DNA of 64,000 nucleotides from Nitrosopumilus sp. (lineage in GTDB: Archaea > Thermoproteota > Nitrososphaeria > Nitrososphaerales > Nitrosopumilaceae), in assembly GCA_965218695.1 (NCBI GenBank), contig OZ244651.1, positions 2,112,001-2,176,000 of the forward strand. The letters are read 5' to 3'. This document shows, in pieces, positions 20,329-29,953 of the stretch. Within the stretch, counting starts at the first letter, position 1, and each line of letters begins with the position of its first letter. The position numbers and the translations under genes were made by a program. Under the pieces are notes generated by a model, which was given only the letters and a program-made list of their open reading frames with translations, was not told the origin of the DNA and did not search any database.

Positions 20329-22520
20329 GTACGCGTTCACCTCCCCCCTCCATTTGGTGCGACACTGTTGAGCCTTTTGGCACATATGACAATTGGATGG
20401 GTCAGAATTTACAAACAAAATTAGATTTTTTAGATTAGGTGATTAAAACGGCTGCACGTGAGATGTGAATTACCATGACCCACACGCACGTGCGCCAATA
20501 TACACACGCAGAATCCGTATTTAAGAATGCAAACTGCACGGCGTCGCGGCGGATGCAGGTGCAGTCCTGAATGGTTGTCCCGAAATCCGAAAGGATCATA
20601 CTGCAGGCAGAGCTGCGCCGCGTGTGGGGAATCGTGGAGATCCTGCTGGGCCTGGTCGCAGCCTCTCTGGGAACCACCGGAAAGACGCTGGCTGTCGTTA
20701 TCGAGGAGACGGCGCACCAGGCAGAGGAGATCCGGACCCTGAAGGCAGAGAAGAAGCAGCTGGCCCGGGAACTTTCAGTCCACGAGAGTTGGAACCATTC
20801 ATCCAGGGGCGCCGTGCTGTTTACCCGGAAGCGAAGAGCCTTCAAAAGTGATCCGCAGGTAAGGGCAGACACGGGCGATGCCCCAGATACGGGCAAAAAG
20901 CCCGGACACCGGCCGGGTCAGCCGGGAGTCTCCCACGGCCGCAGGCCGGCTGACATCAGGATGTGCAGTGCGCCCATGTGCAAAAACTGCGGCGGCACCT
21001 ACATGCTGCCCGAGGATGCCTTTTGGAAGACGGTGATAGATGTCACCGAATCCGGCAAGCCAGTCTGTTATGCCGAGATGATCGCGCCCGGGTACTGCCT
21101 CACGTGCCAGGCAGTCACGTATCCTGACGCGGACTCGATTCCCGGAACGTGGTTTGGCCCCAACCTGAGAAAGAAGATTGCCAACATGCACAGGGTATCG
21201 GTTTCGCTCAGAAGCATGCAGTACCTGCTGGCATCAAACCACGGCATCAGGGCATCACTGGGGTGCATATCCCACGCCCTAGAGGCAATAGCAACGCGCG
21301 GCAGCCTCGGAGACGCCCCGAGGCTGCCGGAGCCAAAGGAGGACATGCCGTCTCCCTTATTCGGGGCGCCGTTCCCCACGCCTGCGCGCCCCGAACCCGA
21401 CGCCGGCGGCCATACCGCATGGAACGGCCTGATGAGGCGGCCGCTCATCACGCAGATAACAGAAAAGATGAGCATGGCGCCAAGCGTGTCCGAAGACGAG
21501 TCCGGCGAAAAGGTCGCAGGAAAGAACGTGCAGGCCATACTACTGATCTCAAAATACTGCGTGCTGGTATGCATCAGGCCTGACAAGACCAAGGAGACCA
21601 TGAGGGACGTGCTTTGGATGGTGCTGAACAGGCCGTTCGTGGCAGACATGTACCGTGCCGGCAACGCCCTTGAGGGGGACTTTCAGACGTGCTTTGTCCA
21701 CGTGGTTCGCAAGTGCGAGGGCCTGGCCATACGCCACGGAGTCAATTCCTTCGAGTATGCGTGGTACGTGACGCTGCTCAAGATATATCGGGACGCCAAG
21801 ACCGCCGCAAGGAATGCACTCGAGATGGCCGGCAGGGCAGAAGAGTCGGCCTGCGACGCAGGCCGACTCGTCAAAAACACCCCGGGACTGGAAGAATACG
21901 TCAAATCAAGCCAGGATTCCCTGCAAAAACGCATCCTGACGCTCGTCGATGCCTGCCGCAACGGATGCGTCTCAGACGAGAAGAGCCGCGATTTTGCAGG
22001 CTCGCTTGAACGCGCCGCGCCATACCTTACAGAGTTTATCAGGCATCCTGGAATGGACGGCAACAACAACGCGTGCGAGAGGGCCGTACGAACGCACATC
22101 GTAAGGCCGCGCGACATACACCACGCGTTTCCCAACTGGAAGGCAGCCGACACTTTTGCCAAACTCCAGACGATTCACGCCACGGCAGAAAAGCTTGGAA
22201 TGTTCTCGGGGGACGCGGTGACTGCCGATGCCTCGCAGGACATGTTCGGGTCCGGAATACCGCCCCCGATATTTCCGAATCTCAAATAACCGTGCCACGA
22301 CATCCCGCAGATCCGGATCGTTGCCGCACCATTTGGCTTAGGCAGGATGCATCGCAGATCATGCCGCAAAAAGCCTCAGGCCTGCCTGCAGGATGGCATT
22401 GCCATACATTTTCACACCGACGTGTCTTCTGGTGGATGATTCCATGATGGAGTCAATCACATGCCCATGTATGACATCCCGACTAGCGTGGAATTGGCAA
22501 GGGGGGAGGTGAACGCGTAC
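20329..22520 (+). mobile_element. IS66-family element (2192 bp) inserted in the ISH3 TIR
   Basis: Perfect 20-bp TIR GTACGCGTTCACCTCCCCCC; 8-bp TSD CCCAGAAG at 20321-20328 and 22521-22528. Confidence 0.93.
20571..22289 (+). CDS. IS66-family transposase (572 aa)
   Basis: Coiled coil, KPGHRPGQPG, CxxC..CxxC zinc finger, EDES, ADMY, QTCFVHVVRK, NNNACERAVR. Confidence 0.88.
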   Translation: MVVPKSERIILQAELRRVWGIVEILLGLVAASLGTTGKTLAVVIEETAHQAEEIRTLKAEKKQLARELSVHESWNHSSRGAVLFTRKRRAFKSDPQVRADTGDAPDTGKKPGHRPGQPGVSHGRRPADIRMCSAPMCKNCGGTYMLPEDAFWKTVIDVTESGKPVCYAEMIAPGYCLTCQAVTYPDADSIPGTWFGPNLRKKIANMHRVSVSLRSMQYLLASNHGIRASLGCISHALEAIATRGSLGDAPRLPEPKEDMPSPLFGAPFPTPARPEPDAGGHTAWNGLMRRPLITQITEKMSMAPSVSEDESGEKVAGKNVQAILLISKYCVLVCIRPDKTKETMRDVLWMVLNRPFVADMYRAGNALEGDFQTCFVHVVRKCEGLAIRHGVNSFEYAWYVTLLKIYRDAKTAARNALEMAGRAEESACDAGRLVKNTPGLEEYVKSSQDSLQKRILTLVDACRNGCVSDEKSRDFAGSLERAAPYLTEFIRHPGMDGNNNACERAVRTHIVRPRDIHHAFPNWKAADTFAKLQTIHATAEKLGMFSGDAVTADASQDMFGSGIPPPIFPNLK

Positions 22521-22540
22521 CCCAGAAGTAGCTCAGGGTA

Positions 22541-23628
22541 TAGTGTCAATCAAAAGTCTTCTACGTCAGTCTGAGCGTAACATTTTTTGATCACTCCGCA
22601 CTACCGCCCACATGGATGAAAAAAGCAAAAAGCTGTTAATCCAGGCCTACAAGAAAGAGAAGAGGGGAACCATAAAGGACAGGATCCACGCCGTCTGCAT
22701 GGTCAAGATCAGGGGGCTGGGCGTATCCGAGGTGGCATCACTGTGCTTTTGCGACCCGCACACTGTCACAAGCTGGGTCCGGCATTTTGATAGCGAGGGT
22801 CTTGCAGGCCTGGAAGACAGGCCCCGCCCGGGCAGGCCGCCCAAGGTCGGGCTTGAGAAGATTGCGGGGCTTGCAGCAAGGACTGGCAGCATCACAACTC
22901 CAAAGCAGCTCAAAGAAAACATACGCAAAGAATTCAAGGTGACATACCACATTTCAAACGTCACAAAGATAATGCACAGGCTTGGCCTGTCTGCCAAGAC
23001 GGTCCAGCGCATCCACGTCAACAGGCCAGAGATCAAAAAGATCAGGCAGTGGCAGCGCAACGCCAAAAGGCGGATTTCACGCCTGCAAGAGAAGGGTTTT
23101 CTCCCAGTCGTCTTTGACGAGGCCATATTTGTAGACGATCCGGCATCGGGCGTAAAGTATTGGTCGCCAGAAGGCGAGCCGATTGTCACGACATACAAGG
23201 GACGGCACGGAAAGGTGGTGGCATACGGTTCCATTGTAACAGACGGCAGGCAGTTCTTCAGGACGCATGAAAAATTTGACAAGGAGACGGTCCTGCAGTA
23301 TCTCAAGGATCTGGTCAGGCATTTTGGAAAGGTGGTCGTAATCATGGATAATGCGCCACAACACAAGTCAAGGATCGTGATGAAATTTCTAAAGGAAAAT
23401 CCCGACATCAAGGTCATGTGGCTTCCAGCTGCAACGCCCGAGCTTAGCGGCGTGGAGGAGTACTGGCACCAGGCAAAACGTAACGTGCTGGTGTCCGAGT
23501 ACTATGCCACGATAGTGCAGATGCGCAACGCGATGTCGGAGTATTTCAGGACCGCGCGTCCAAGGATTGACGTAATGGAGTTTATCTGTAGAAAGTCCCT
23601 AAATGTAAAAAACTTTTGATCGACACTA
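22541..23628 (+). mobile_element. IS630-family element (1088 bp)
   Basis: TIR TAGTGTC(A/G)ATCAAAAGT; TA duplication at 22539-22540 and 23629-23630. Confidence 0.93.
22612..23619 (+). CDS. IS630-family transposase, single intact ORF
   Basis: HTH + RPGRPPK, FDEA, MDNAPQH, PELSGVEEYW. Confidence 0.93.
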   Translation: MDEKSKKLLIQAYKKEKRGTIKDRIHAVCMVKIRGLGVSEVASLCFCDPHTVTSWVRHFDSEGLAGLEDRPRPGRPPKVGLEKIAGLAARTGSITTPKQLKENIRKEFKVTYHISNVTKIMHRLGLSAKTVQRIHVNRPEIKKIRQWQRNAKRRISRLQEKGFLPVVFDEAIFVDDPASGVKYWSPEGEPIVTTYKGRHGKVVAYGSIVTDGRQFFRTHEKFDKETVLQYLKDLVRHFGKVVVIMDNAPQHKSRIVMKFLKENPDIKVMWLPAATPELSGVEEYWHQAKRNVLVSEYYATIVQMRNAMSEYFRTARPRIDVMEFICRKSLNVKNF

Positions 23629-24813
23629 TAGCACCGGCGGCGGGGGCTCCGGCGGCTCTTTGTAGCCAAATACGATCAGCAACAGCAGCATGTCCCTGAG
23701 ATCCTGTTGGGTGATCGGGGGATCCGTGGGATAAATCCCGGTAACGTGCATCAGCGTTGCGTTTGCCATTACCCAAGCGTTAAAGACGGCTACAGAGTAC
23801 ACAAAGCACAAAAGTCGCGCCATCGGGTTCTTGCTGTGCGTCTTGGCCCTTGTGTTTTCTATCATCCGGTATCCAGTCTCTATGCCCCACCTGTTCCCGT
23901 ACGAGTCCGGATCCACGTCGGGGACGTTGGTGACAAACCCGATGTATTTCTCGTGCGGCAGCAGCTCGTCGTCGTCCTTTCTTTTCTTCCTCTTCTTCCT
24001 TTCTGTGATGGTCATCGTATACGACACCTCCCTGCCATCTCCCCCGACGATGACGGATTTGGAGACGCGGCCGCGCCTGCCTGTAGCAAACTCTGCGATG
24101 GCATCCACCACAGTATCCGTATTCTTGCATGGTATCAGATATTTGATGCCCATGTCCCCAAGCGTCCCCATTACGTCTGCCGTAAAGAACTCCCTGTCCA
24201 GCATCGCCATTCCGATGCAGGCCCCCACGTCCCGTGCAGAGCCGATGATTTTACGCACGAAATCGGCAGTATCCTCAAGTGACGGCATGTTCAGGACGCC
24301 TAACACGAGGCGAAGGTTCTGAACCGTGGACTGTATCGTGATGTACCTCTCAAAGACGTGTGTCCCGTCCTTGGCCTTTGAGCGCACCAGTTCTGCCCCG
24401 TAGCTCTTGTCGTATCTGGGTATCAGGTGCATGTCGATTGCCAAGTCAATCTCCTGGTCTTTCTTGAGCAGTCTCATCTTGCGCATCTGGTCAAGCTGCA
24501 GAACGACTGTCTTGGCAAAGCATTTGTAGACGTTGCTGCCACGCGTCCGGGATGCCGCATCGCGCATCCACTCATCACTTGGGCGTGAGTCCCCGTCTGC
24601 ACCGCCGATTCTCTTGGAGGACCTGGTGCATCCGGCCACCTGCCTGCCGTGCGCACATGCGCCTGCCATGCTTCTGTGAAAATCCTCGGTGCCGTAGATG
24701 GCATTGTGCCTGTGTGAGACCATGATGCACGGGGACATGCCTGCCCCTACCGTGTCCAGAACATCTTGATATATGCGTGGGTTGTTAAGCAAGTAGCGTC
24801 TCAGTTGGTTCAT
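23626..24813 (-). CDS. ISH3 transposase, copy 2
   Basis: 3 amino-acid differences from copy 1; last residue lost and stop codon supplied by the IS630 end. Confidence 0.92.
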   Translation of the reverse strand: MNQLRRYLLNNPRIYQDVLDTVGAGMSPCIMVSHRHNAIYGTEDFHRSMAGACAHGRQVAGCTRSSKRIGGADGDSRPSDEWMRDAASRTRGSNVYKCFAKTVVLQLDQMRKMRLLKKDQEIDLAIDMHLIPRYDKSYGAELVRSKAKDGTHVFERYITIQSTVQNLRLVLGVLNMPSLEDTADFVRKIIGSARDVGACIGMAMLDREFFTADVMGTLGDMGIKYLIPCKNTDTVVDAIAEFATGRRGRVSKSVIVGGDGREVSYTMTITERKKRKKRKDDDELLPHEKYIGFVTNVPDVDPDSYGNRWGIETGYRMIENTRAKTHSKNPMARLLCFVYSVAVFNAWVMANATLMHVTGIYPTDPPITQQDLRDMLLLLIVFGYKEPPEPPPPVL

Positions 24814-24842
24814 TGGTAGTTCGATGACCTTCTGAGATTGCC

Positions 24843-26165
24843 CTAATTGATCTGTTTTGATTTTGGGCTGTTTTCAGGTACTTCTGGGAAGACTGAATTT
24901 CTTGATCTTTTTTGCCTGTTTCTATACAACATTACAGTTCCAAATACCGGAGATCCTACATACATTCCAAGATTCAGCAGTACTATGGAGACTCCATAAC
25001 CTAACATCTCCACTTCAGAGTCGATATCTGCATGATTCAGCAGAGACAGAGATGCCAGCATCGGAGTCAGTACTATTCTTACCGTCTCCCTGAACACGGG
25101 ATGTTCCCTTTCCAGATCAGCTATTGCAGGAGAGAACGAATAGTACACTTGGTTGAATCCTGACATGAATGCAGCGCCTGACATTGTAGACAGAACCGTA
25201 TTGTCCCTAAGCTCCCTTAACTGCTGTACCTGCGGTGCAAGCTCCGAGCCGTATGCGGCAGTTGCAATTAGACAGCCCCCGTTCGGTGGGGGGTCTGGTC
25301 GTGTGGTGTTTGCTTGTGTGGTGTTTGCTTGTGTGGTGTTTGCTTGTGTGGTGTTTGCTTGTGTGGTGTTTGCTTGTGTGGTGTTTGCTTGTGTGGTGTT
25401 TGCTTGTGTGGTGTTTGCTTGTGTGGTGTTTGCTTGTGTGGTGTTTGCTTGTGTGGTGTTTGCTTGTGTGGTGTTTGCTTGTGTGGTGTTTGCTTGTGTG
25501 GTGTTTGCTTGTGTGGTGTTTGCTTGTGTGGTGTTTGCTTGTGTGGTGTTTGCTTGTGTGGTGTTTGCTTGTGTGGTGTTTGCTTGTGTGGTGTTTGCTT
25601 GTGTGGTGTTTGCTTGTGTGGTGTTTGCTTGTGTGGTGTTTGCTTGTGTGGTGTTTGCTTGTGTGGTGTTTGCTTGTGTGGTGTTTGCTTGTGTGGTGTT
25701 TGCTTGTGTGGTGTTTGCTTGTGTGGTGTTTGCTTGTGTGGTATCTGGCACACTACCTGCAACAATCGCAAAAGATGCTGTCTCTGTTGGGATAGGCTGG
25801 AACAGTATACCCTCAACCTCGATATCCATAGTGTATTCCCCATCACCTTGATTAAACTCGATTGGAATCTTTACCGAACCCTCAGAAGTATGGATCAACG
25901 GAGTCGGACCAAATACCTCTTCGATACCCTTTGAGACTGTAACCCTATAATCGATATGCACCTGAATTTTCTGCGTCGTCGGATTGATAAAGTCGATACC
26001 TATCCTCGTCTGATCCCCTGATTCTATTGCATCGTATGTCAACTTGATATCCAGCGTGCCGTCCTCTGTAGGAAGGGTCTGGGTCTCTGCAAATGCAGGT
26101 ACAACCAGCACCGGAATCATCAACAGCAAGGCAGACATTAGAAGCCTCATGGCATATGTTGTCAC
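24843..26165 (-). CDS. Secreted CFI-box-CTERM protein with TTQAN repeat linker; current C-terminus runs into the ISH3 end
   Basis: Signal peptide; Q.HIDYRV..HTSEG domain; GGCLIATAAYGSELAPQVQQLRELRD; TM. Confidence 0.85.
   Translation of the reverse strand: MTTYAMRLLMSALLLMIPVLVVPAFAETQTLPTEDGTLDIKLTYDAIESGDQTRIGIDFINPTTQKIQVHIDYRVTVSKGIEEVFGPTPLIHTSEGSVKIPIEFNQGDGEYTMDIEVEGILFQPIPTETASFAIVAGSVPDTTQANTTQANTTQANTTQANTTQANTTQANTTQANTTQANTTQANTTQANTTQANTTQANTTQANTTQANTTQANTTQANTTQANTTQANTTQANTTQANTTQANTTQANTTQANTTQANTTQANTTQANTTQANTTQANTTQANTTRPDPPPNGGCLIATAAYGSELAPQVQQLRELRDNTVLSTMSGAAFMSGFNQVYYSFSPAIADLEREHPVFRETVRIVLTPMLASLSLLNHADIDSEVEMLGYGVSIVLLNLGMYVGSPVFGTVMLYRNRQKRSRNSVFPEVPENSPKSKQIN
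25303..25737. repeat. Perfect 15-bp coding tandem repeat x29 (TTQAN)n
   Basis: Unit GTGGTGTTTGCTTGT, 435 bp without mismatch. Confidence 0.97.
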
Positions 26166-26272
26166 CCAGCAAATAAAAATCGTACCTTGTAGAAATTATG
26201 ATTTGCCGGCGGTCCAAATTCATAATCCCACATGGCATCATTCCAGGCATTACCAATCTACCTGAAACTAAA

Positions 26273-27798
26273 GTAAGTGTTCACGTGGTTTAACTCATTT
26301 TTAGGCGTATTTTGCAATCTCCGCCAAGTAATCCAATTTCTTGTTTTTCCATGTCATTACACATGAAAAGAAATTCGCCATCCACGTCATCGTCTCCTCT
26401 GCCCTTATGCTGCCCCGTATTTTTCTGTGCACGACTATCTCGCGCAACCCGCGTTCTGCAGCATTGTTTGTAGGCGGGATCTTTGGGTTCAGCACGAACC
26501 GGAACAGGTCGCTGCCAGCATTGCTGATCTTGACCATGAATTTTTCCAATATTGGATCGTCGGCGTACCTTGCAACGATCTTTTCGATGCATGACGTCAG
26601 CATGGCAGACGCGTTGTCCCGGAGAGAGCGCGAGCGTTTCCTGCTTGCCCTTCTGGCATAATCATAGATTATGCGCAGGTGCTTCAGGACGTTGCGCGCG
26701 CCTGGGCAGTCCGGATTGCGGTTGCAGATGTCCCTGGCCTCGCGTATTATGTGCGACCAGCAGCGCTGGACGCGGTATTTTCCGTACGCCGTCCAGCCGT
26801 CGCACACTAACGTGCCGTCCCAACCCCCAAGCGCTTCTTTCAGAACCTTTGCCCCCCGGCTGTCCCGTATCACGTACAGCGCGTGCCCGGTCAGCGGATC
26901 GTGCAGTATCCACACCCAGACGTTGCGGCCGTTTAGGTGAATCGATGTCTCGTCGGCGTGCAGTATCTTGGCCTTGCGTATCATGGCGGCAATGGCTGCC
27001 GCAGGGGCGCCCAGCGACGTTCCCAGCCTGCGCATTATGTTGTGCGCCGTGCCCGAGGAGAGTGTAATTCCGTACCGCGACATGCGGTCTGCGATCATCC
27101 TAAACGGCATGCGACACACGTAATCGTCTGCAACATCAGTCGTTATGCTCGGATCGTAGCTGCCCTTGTCTGGAAGGCCGGTCTCGGGCTTGATGTCCAC
27201 CAGACCGCAGGAGCAGCGACACGTGTTTATGGTGTGGCGCGTGGTGATGACCTTTATCGTGCGCTCCACTCTGGTAATGTCGCGTTTTTCTGACTGCACT
27301 ATGGAAAGGCTACCCGAGCCGCATTCGGGGCAGGCCTCCGGGGTGTGTTCCTCAAACTCGGTGGGTTTTGGCTTGCGGGTGCGGCCCATGTGGCCTTTTT
27401 GCCCCCCGCGCGACTTCCCGCTGCCGGCCGCATCCACGCGGTCCTTTTGATCCCGGGAGGCTTTTGTGGATTTATTGTAGGCATTCTTTTCGTCGCCTTT
27501 TCCCTTTGTGTCAGGCCATCCGGGCCCCCTTTTTTGTGATGACGGGGTGTTGTAATTGTCATGCCGCACCAGCCTGCGCTTAAGATCAGCAACTGCCAGA
27601 TTCAATTCCTCAATTATCTGCCCTTGCATCTCAATCGTCTGCTTGAGCTTGATGTTCTCAGTCTTGAGATCCGTGTACATCTTTTTGAGTTCAGCCTGGC
27701 TTTTCACATTGGGTTTGGATTACCATCCTATTTGGATCTGTGGTTTGCACAAAATTTACCCAAGAGTGAACTGAATTAGGCACGACGTGAACACTTAC
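26273..27798 (-). mobile_element. IS66-family single-ORF (ISBst12-like) element, copy A (1526 bp)
   Basis: TIR GTAAGTGTTCACGT; 8-bp TSD AAACTAAA at 26265-26272 and 27799-27806. Confidence 0.94.
26301..27707 (-). CDS. IS66 transposase
   Basis: GGQKGHMG, CPECG, HADET, VCDGWTAY, QRCWSHIIR, PTNNAAERGLR. Confidence 0.95.
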   Translation of the reverse strand: MKSQAELKKMYTDLKTENIKLKQTIEMQGQIIEELNLAVADLKRRLVRHDNYNTPSSQKRGPGWPDTKGKGDEKNAYNKSTKASRDQKDRVDAAGSGKSRGGQKGHMGRTRKPKPTEFEEHTPEACPECGSGSLSIVQSEKRDITRVERTIKVITTRHTINTCRCSCGLVDIKPETGLPDKGSYDPSITTDVADDYVCRMPFRMIADRMSRYGITLSSGTAHNIMRRLGTSLGAPAAAIAAMIRKAKILHADETSIHLNGRNVWVWILHDPLTGHALYVIRDSRGAKVLKEALGGWDGTLVCDGWTAYGKYRVQRCWSHIIREARDICNRNPDCPGARNVLKHLRIIYDYARRASRKRSRSLRDNASAMLTSCIEKIVARYADDPILEKFMVKISNAGSDLFRFVLNPKIPPTNNAAERGLREIVVHRKIRGSIRAEETMTWMANFFSCVMTWKNKKLDYLAEIAKYA

Positions 27799-27808
27799 AA
27801 ACTAAATT

Positions 27809-29524
27809 ATGGCGTTGTTCAGCTTTAAATATGGTTTTTGCATAATTCTTTTGTTGTATTATCTGTCTGGACTGCTTGCGGTGGTGGTCGGCGTACTTGC
27901 AATTTCTGTTGCTCTTCCAACTGCCTTTGGACACGGACTGGGAGGTGATCAGGCTGAGCCCATCAGCTTTGAGGGCATGGAAGTTACGGTACGCACTGAC
28001 ATCACCCCGGCAGACCTCACGATCGGAAGTATTGATGATGTCAACCTGAAGATTAGGTTCTTTGATCTTTTGACAGACAATACGCTGGATCAGGTGACAT
28101 ACAGGGTGGAGGTCTGGAAGACTGAGGATCTGCTTGCAAGAAACCTCTTTTATGATACTGACGGTATACTCTACGTAGAAGTTCGTCCAGACAGTGATTG
28201 TGACGAGGCAGACCTCGACAAATGTACCATTTACGGCGGTTCCCAGCATGTGAGTTCCCCGGGAGCGCTTTTTGTGCAAGGGACTGAATGCAATGATGAA
28301 AATGTCGATATATGTGCCAGACCAACTATTACCGGACCCGTATTTGACAGGGGCGGTCTGTACAACATCAAGATAGATATCGAAGGTGCAACCAGCCCAA
28401 AGGTACAGGTTGCACAGAGATTAAGCTACGATACATTTGTCAGCATCGCACAGGAACAGGACTTTTTAATCAGTACGGCACATGCACAGGAAGTTCCCGT
28501 GGTTGTCAAGACATACTACGACGATGTGAAAAACTTTGCATTTGATACCTCTGACAACTCCATCACGTTTGACATGCCTTTTGACTGGAGTCCAGACTAT
28601 GTGAATCTGGTCCCTGTGGTGCACGAGGAGATTCAGATTCCATCAAGCTTTGCACCCTATGCCGAAGGAACGCAGTTTACGGGATATGTCAACGGGATTG
28701 AGCTTGGCCAGAGGGCACTGCTCAACGATCCATACTCCATGGACGACACAAACATCATTCATTTCCTAGTATCCCAGACCGAACTGGTAAAGATCAATGA
28801 TGCCTTGGGTTCGGAGCATCATGCCAACAAGAACATGAACTTTAGACTGGTTCCATCAGACGGGGCCTCGAAGAACTTTGCCGAGTTTTATCTTGTGGAT
28901 TTGAAGGAATTTGAGCCAACCCCGACTACCGTCCAACTCTCATGGGACGGCACATACGGTGCAGGCCAGACAATTCCGTTCGAGTTTACATTCTTTGATG
29001 CAGACAGACAGCTGATCCAGGATGTCTGGTACGCATATTCTGTGTTTGATGGATCCGGGCAGGAACTGTTCTCGTCTGTAACTCCTGAAAATCCTGCAAT
29101 CCTCTCCTCTGAGGGAATCGATGTACAGGATATTCATATCCAATCAGAGGGCCTGTTCAGGATCGACGTTAGGGTGGTAGGAACCGGACTGGACTATGAT
29201 CCCACCTACTCGGGAATCGGCTCTGCACATGTAGAGATAGGTCCCGGCCAGCTTACGTCAATTCCGGAATGGGTAAAGAACACCGCGGCATTTTGGGCAG
29301 ATGGCACGATTGATGACACCGCCTTCATAGGGGCAATCCAGTTTCTGATTCAACAGGGCATCATAGATCTTCCCCCAACCGAATCCGGTGACGGCTCCGG
29401 CTCAGACGAGATTCCAGAGTGGGTAAAGAACACCGCGGCATTTTGGGCAGATGGCACGATTGATGACACCGCCTTCATAGGGGCAATCCAGTTTCTGATT
29501 CAACAGGGCATCATAGTGGTTTAA
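27809..29524 (+). CDS. Secreted protein with two C-terminal thaumarchaeal P-x-W-x-K-N-x-A-x-x-W domains; start uncertain
   Basis: Signal ..AFG-HGLGGD; KTYYD..MPFDWS..VVHEEI; [15 protein letters not shown] twice. Confidence 0.8.
   Translation: MALFSFKYGFCIILLLYYLSGLLAVVVGVLAISVALPTAFGHGLGGDQAEPISFEGMEVTVRTDITPADLTIGSIDDVNLKIRFFDLLTDNTLDQVTYRVEVWKTEDLLARNLFYDTDGILYVEVRPDSDCDEADLDKCTIYGGSQHVSSPGALFVQGTECNDENVDICARPTITGPVFDRGGLYNIKIDIEGATSPKVQVAQRLSYDTFVSIAQEQDFLISTAHAQEVPVVVKTYYDDVKNFAFDTSDNSITFDMPFDWSPDYVNLVPVVHEEIQIPSSFAPYAEGTQFTGYVNGIELGQRALLNDPYSMDDTNIIHFLVSQTELVKINDALGSEHHANKNMNFRLVPSDGASKNFAEFYLVDLKEFEPTPTTVQLSWDGTYGAGQTIPFEFTFFDADRQLIQDVWYAYSVFDGSGQELFSSVTPENPAILSSEGIDVQDIHIQSEGLFRIDVRVVGTGLDYDPTYSGIGSAHVEIGPGQLTSIPEWVKNTAAFWADGTIDDTAFIGAIQFLIQQGIIDLPPTESGDGSGSDEIPEWVKNTAAFWADGTIDDTAFIGAIQFLIQQGIIVV
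29270..29516. repeat. 97-bp exact direct repeat (29270-29366 and 29420-29516)
   Basis: Both C-terminal domains are identical at nucleotide level. Confidence 0.9.
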
Positions 29525-29583
29525 TCCATTTTCATGTGCTCTGCATTATTGTCATTTACACAGCCTACAGATGACCCGACTGC

Positions 29584-29645
29584 GTAACTGGTTAGGTTCA
29601 CGACTGGATTTTGAGGTCAACAGACAGCGAACCTAACCTTTTACC
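29584..29645. mobile_element. MITE-like element (~62 bp)
   Basis: Imperfect TIR GTAACTGGTTAGGTTCAC / GCGAACCTAACCTTTTAC; flanking direct repeat CCCGACTGC at 29575-29583 and 29646-29654. Confidence 0.65.
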
Positions 29646-29693
29646 CCCGACTGCATGTCATAGGTTTTTAAGGAAATTCTACAAAGCCCTGAT

Positions 29694-29900
29694 GTGAGAG
29701 ACATCAATGAAATAATGCCCAAGGTTCCAAACATGCGATGGGGAGCACTGATGAATCGGCGACCTACCAGTGAGAGGATCATGGAGATGAACAGACTCTT
29801 TCCGGATAACGGCAGATGGCATACCGTGTTTGAGGAAAGCGATCAGGTCACCATCGACGGCAGGCAGATCCGAAAGGCGGATCCCCAAAGATGGACCTAG
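29694..29900 (+). CDS. Small hypothetical protein
   Basis: 68 aa, protein-like composition, TTTTTAAG TATA-like element ~25 nt upstream. Confidence 0.65.
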   Translation: MRDINEIMPKVPNMRWGALMNRRPTSERIMEMNRLFPDNGRWHTVFEESDQVTIDGRQIRKADPQRWT

Positions 29901-29953
29901 CATGTCCTGTCCGGACGACATGTCAGAGAGAGCCAGATTAACAATACCGTGAT

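Larger units (their letters stand above)
20314..24895 (-). mobile_element. ISH3-family element, copy 2 (inverted), right end interrupted by IS66 and IS630
   Basis: Fragments 20314-20328, 22529-22540 and 23631-24895 reassemble to the reverse complement of copy 1; AATTT at 20309-20313 and 24896-24900. Confidence 0.92.

Noticed and set aside
25153-25934. Cys-rich ORFs (CGVCL)n, (CVVFA)n, (CLLVW)n as metallothionein or RiPP precursors
   Set aside because: A stop-free 15-bp unit opens several frames; only the TTQAN frame links a signal peptide to an anchor domain
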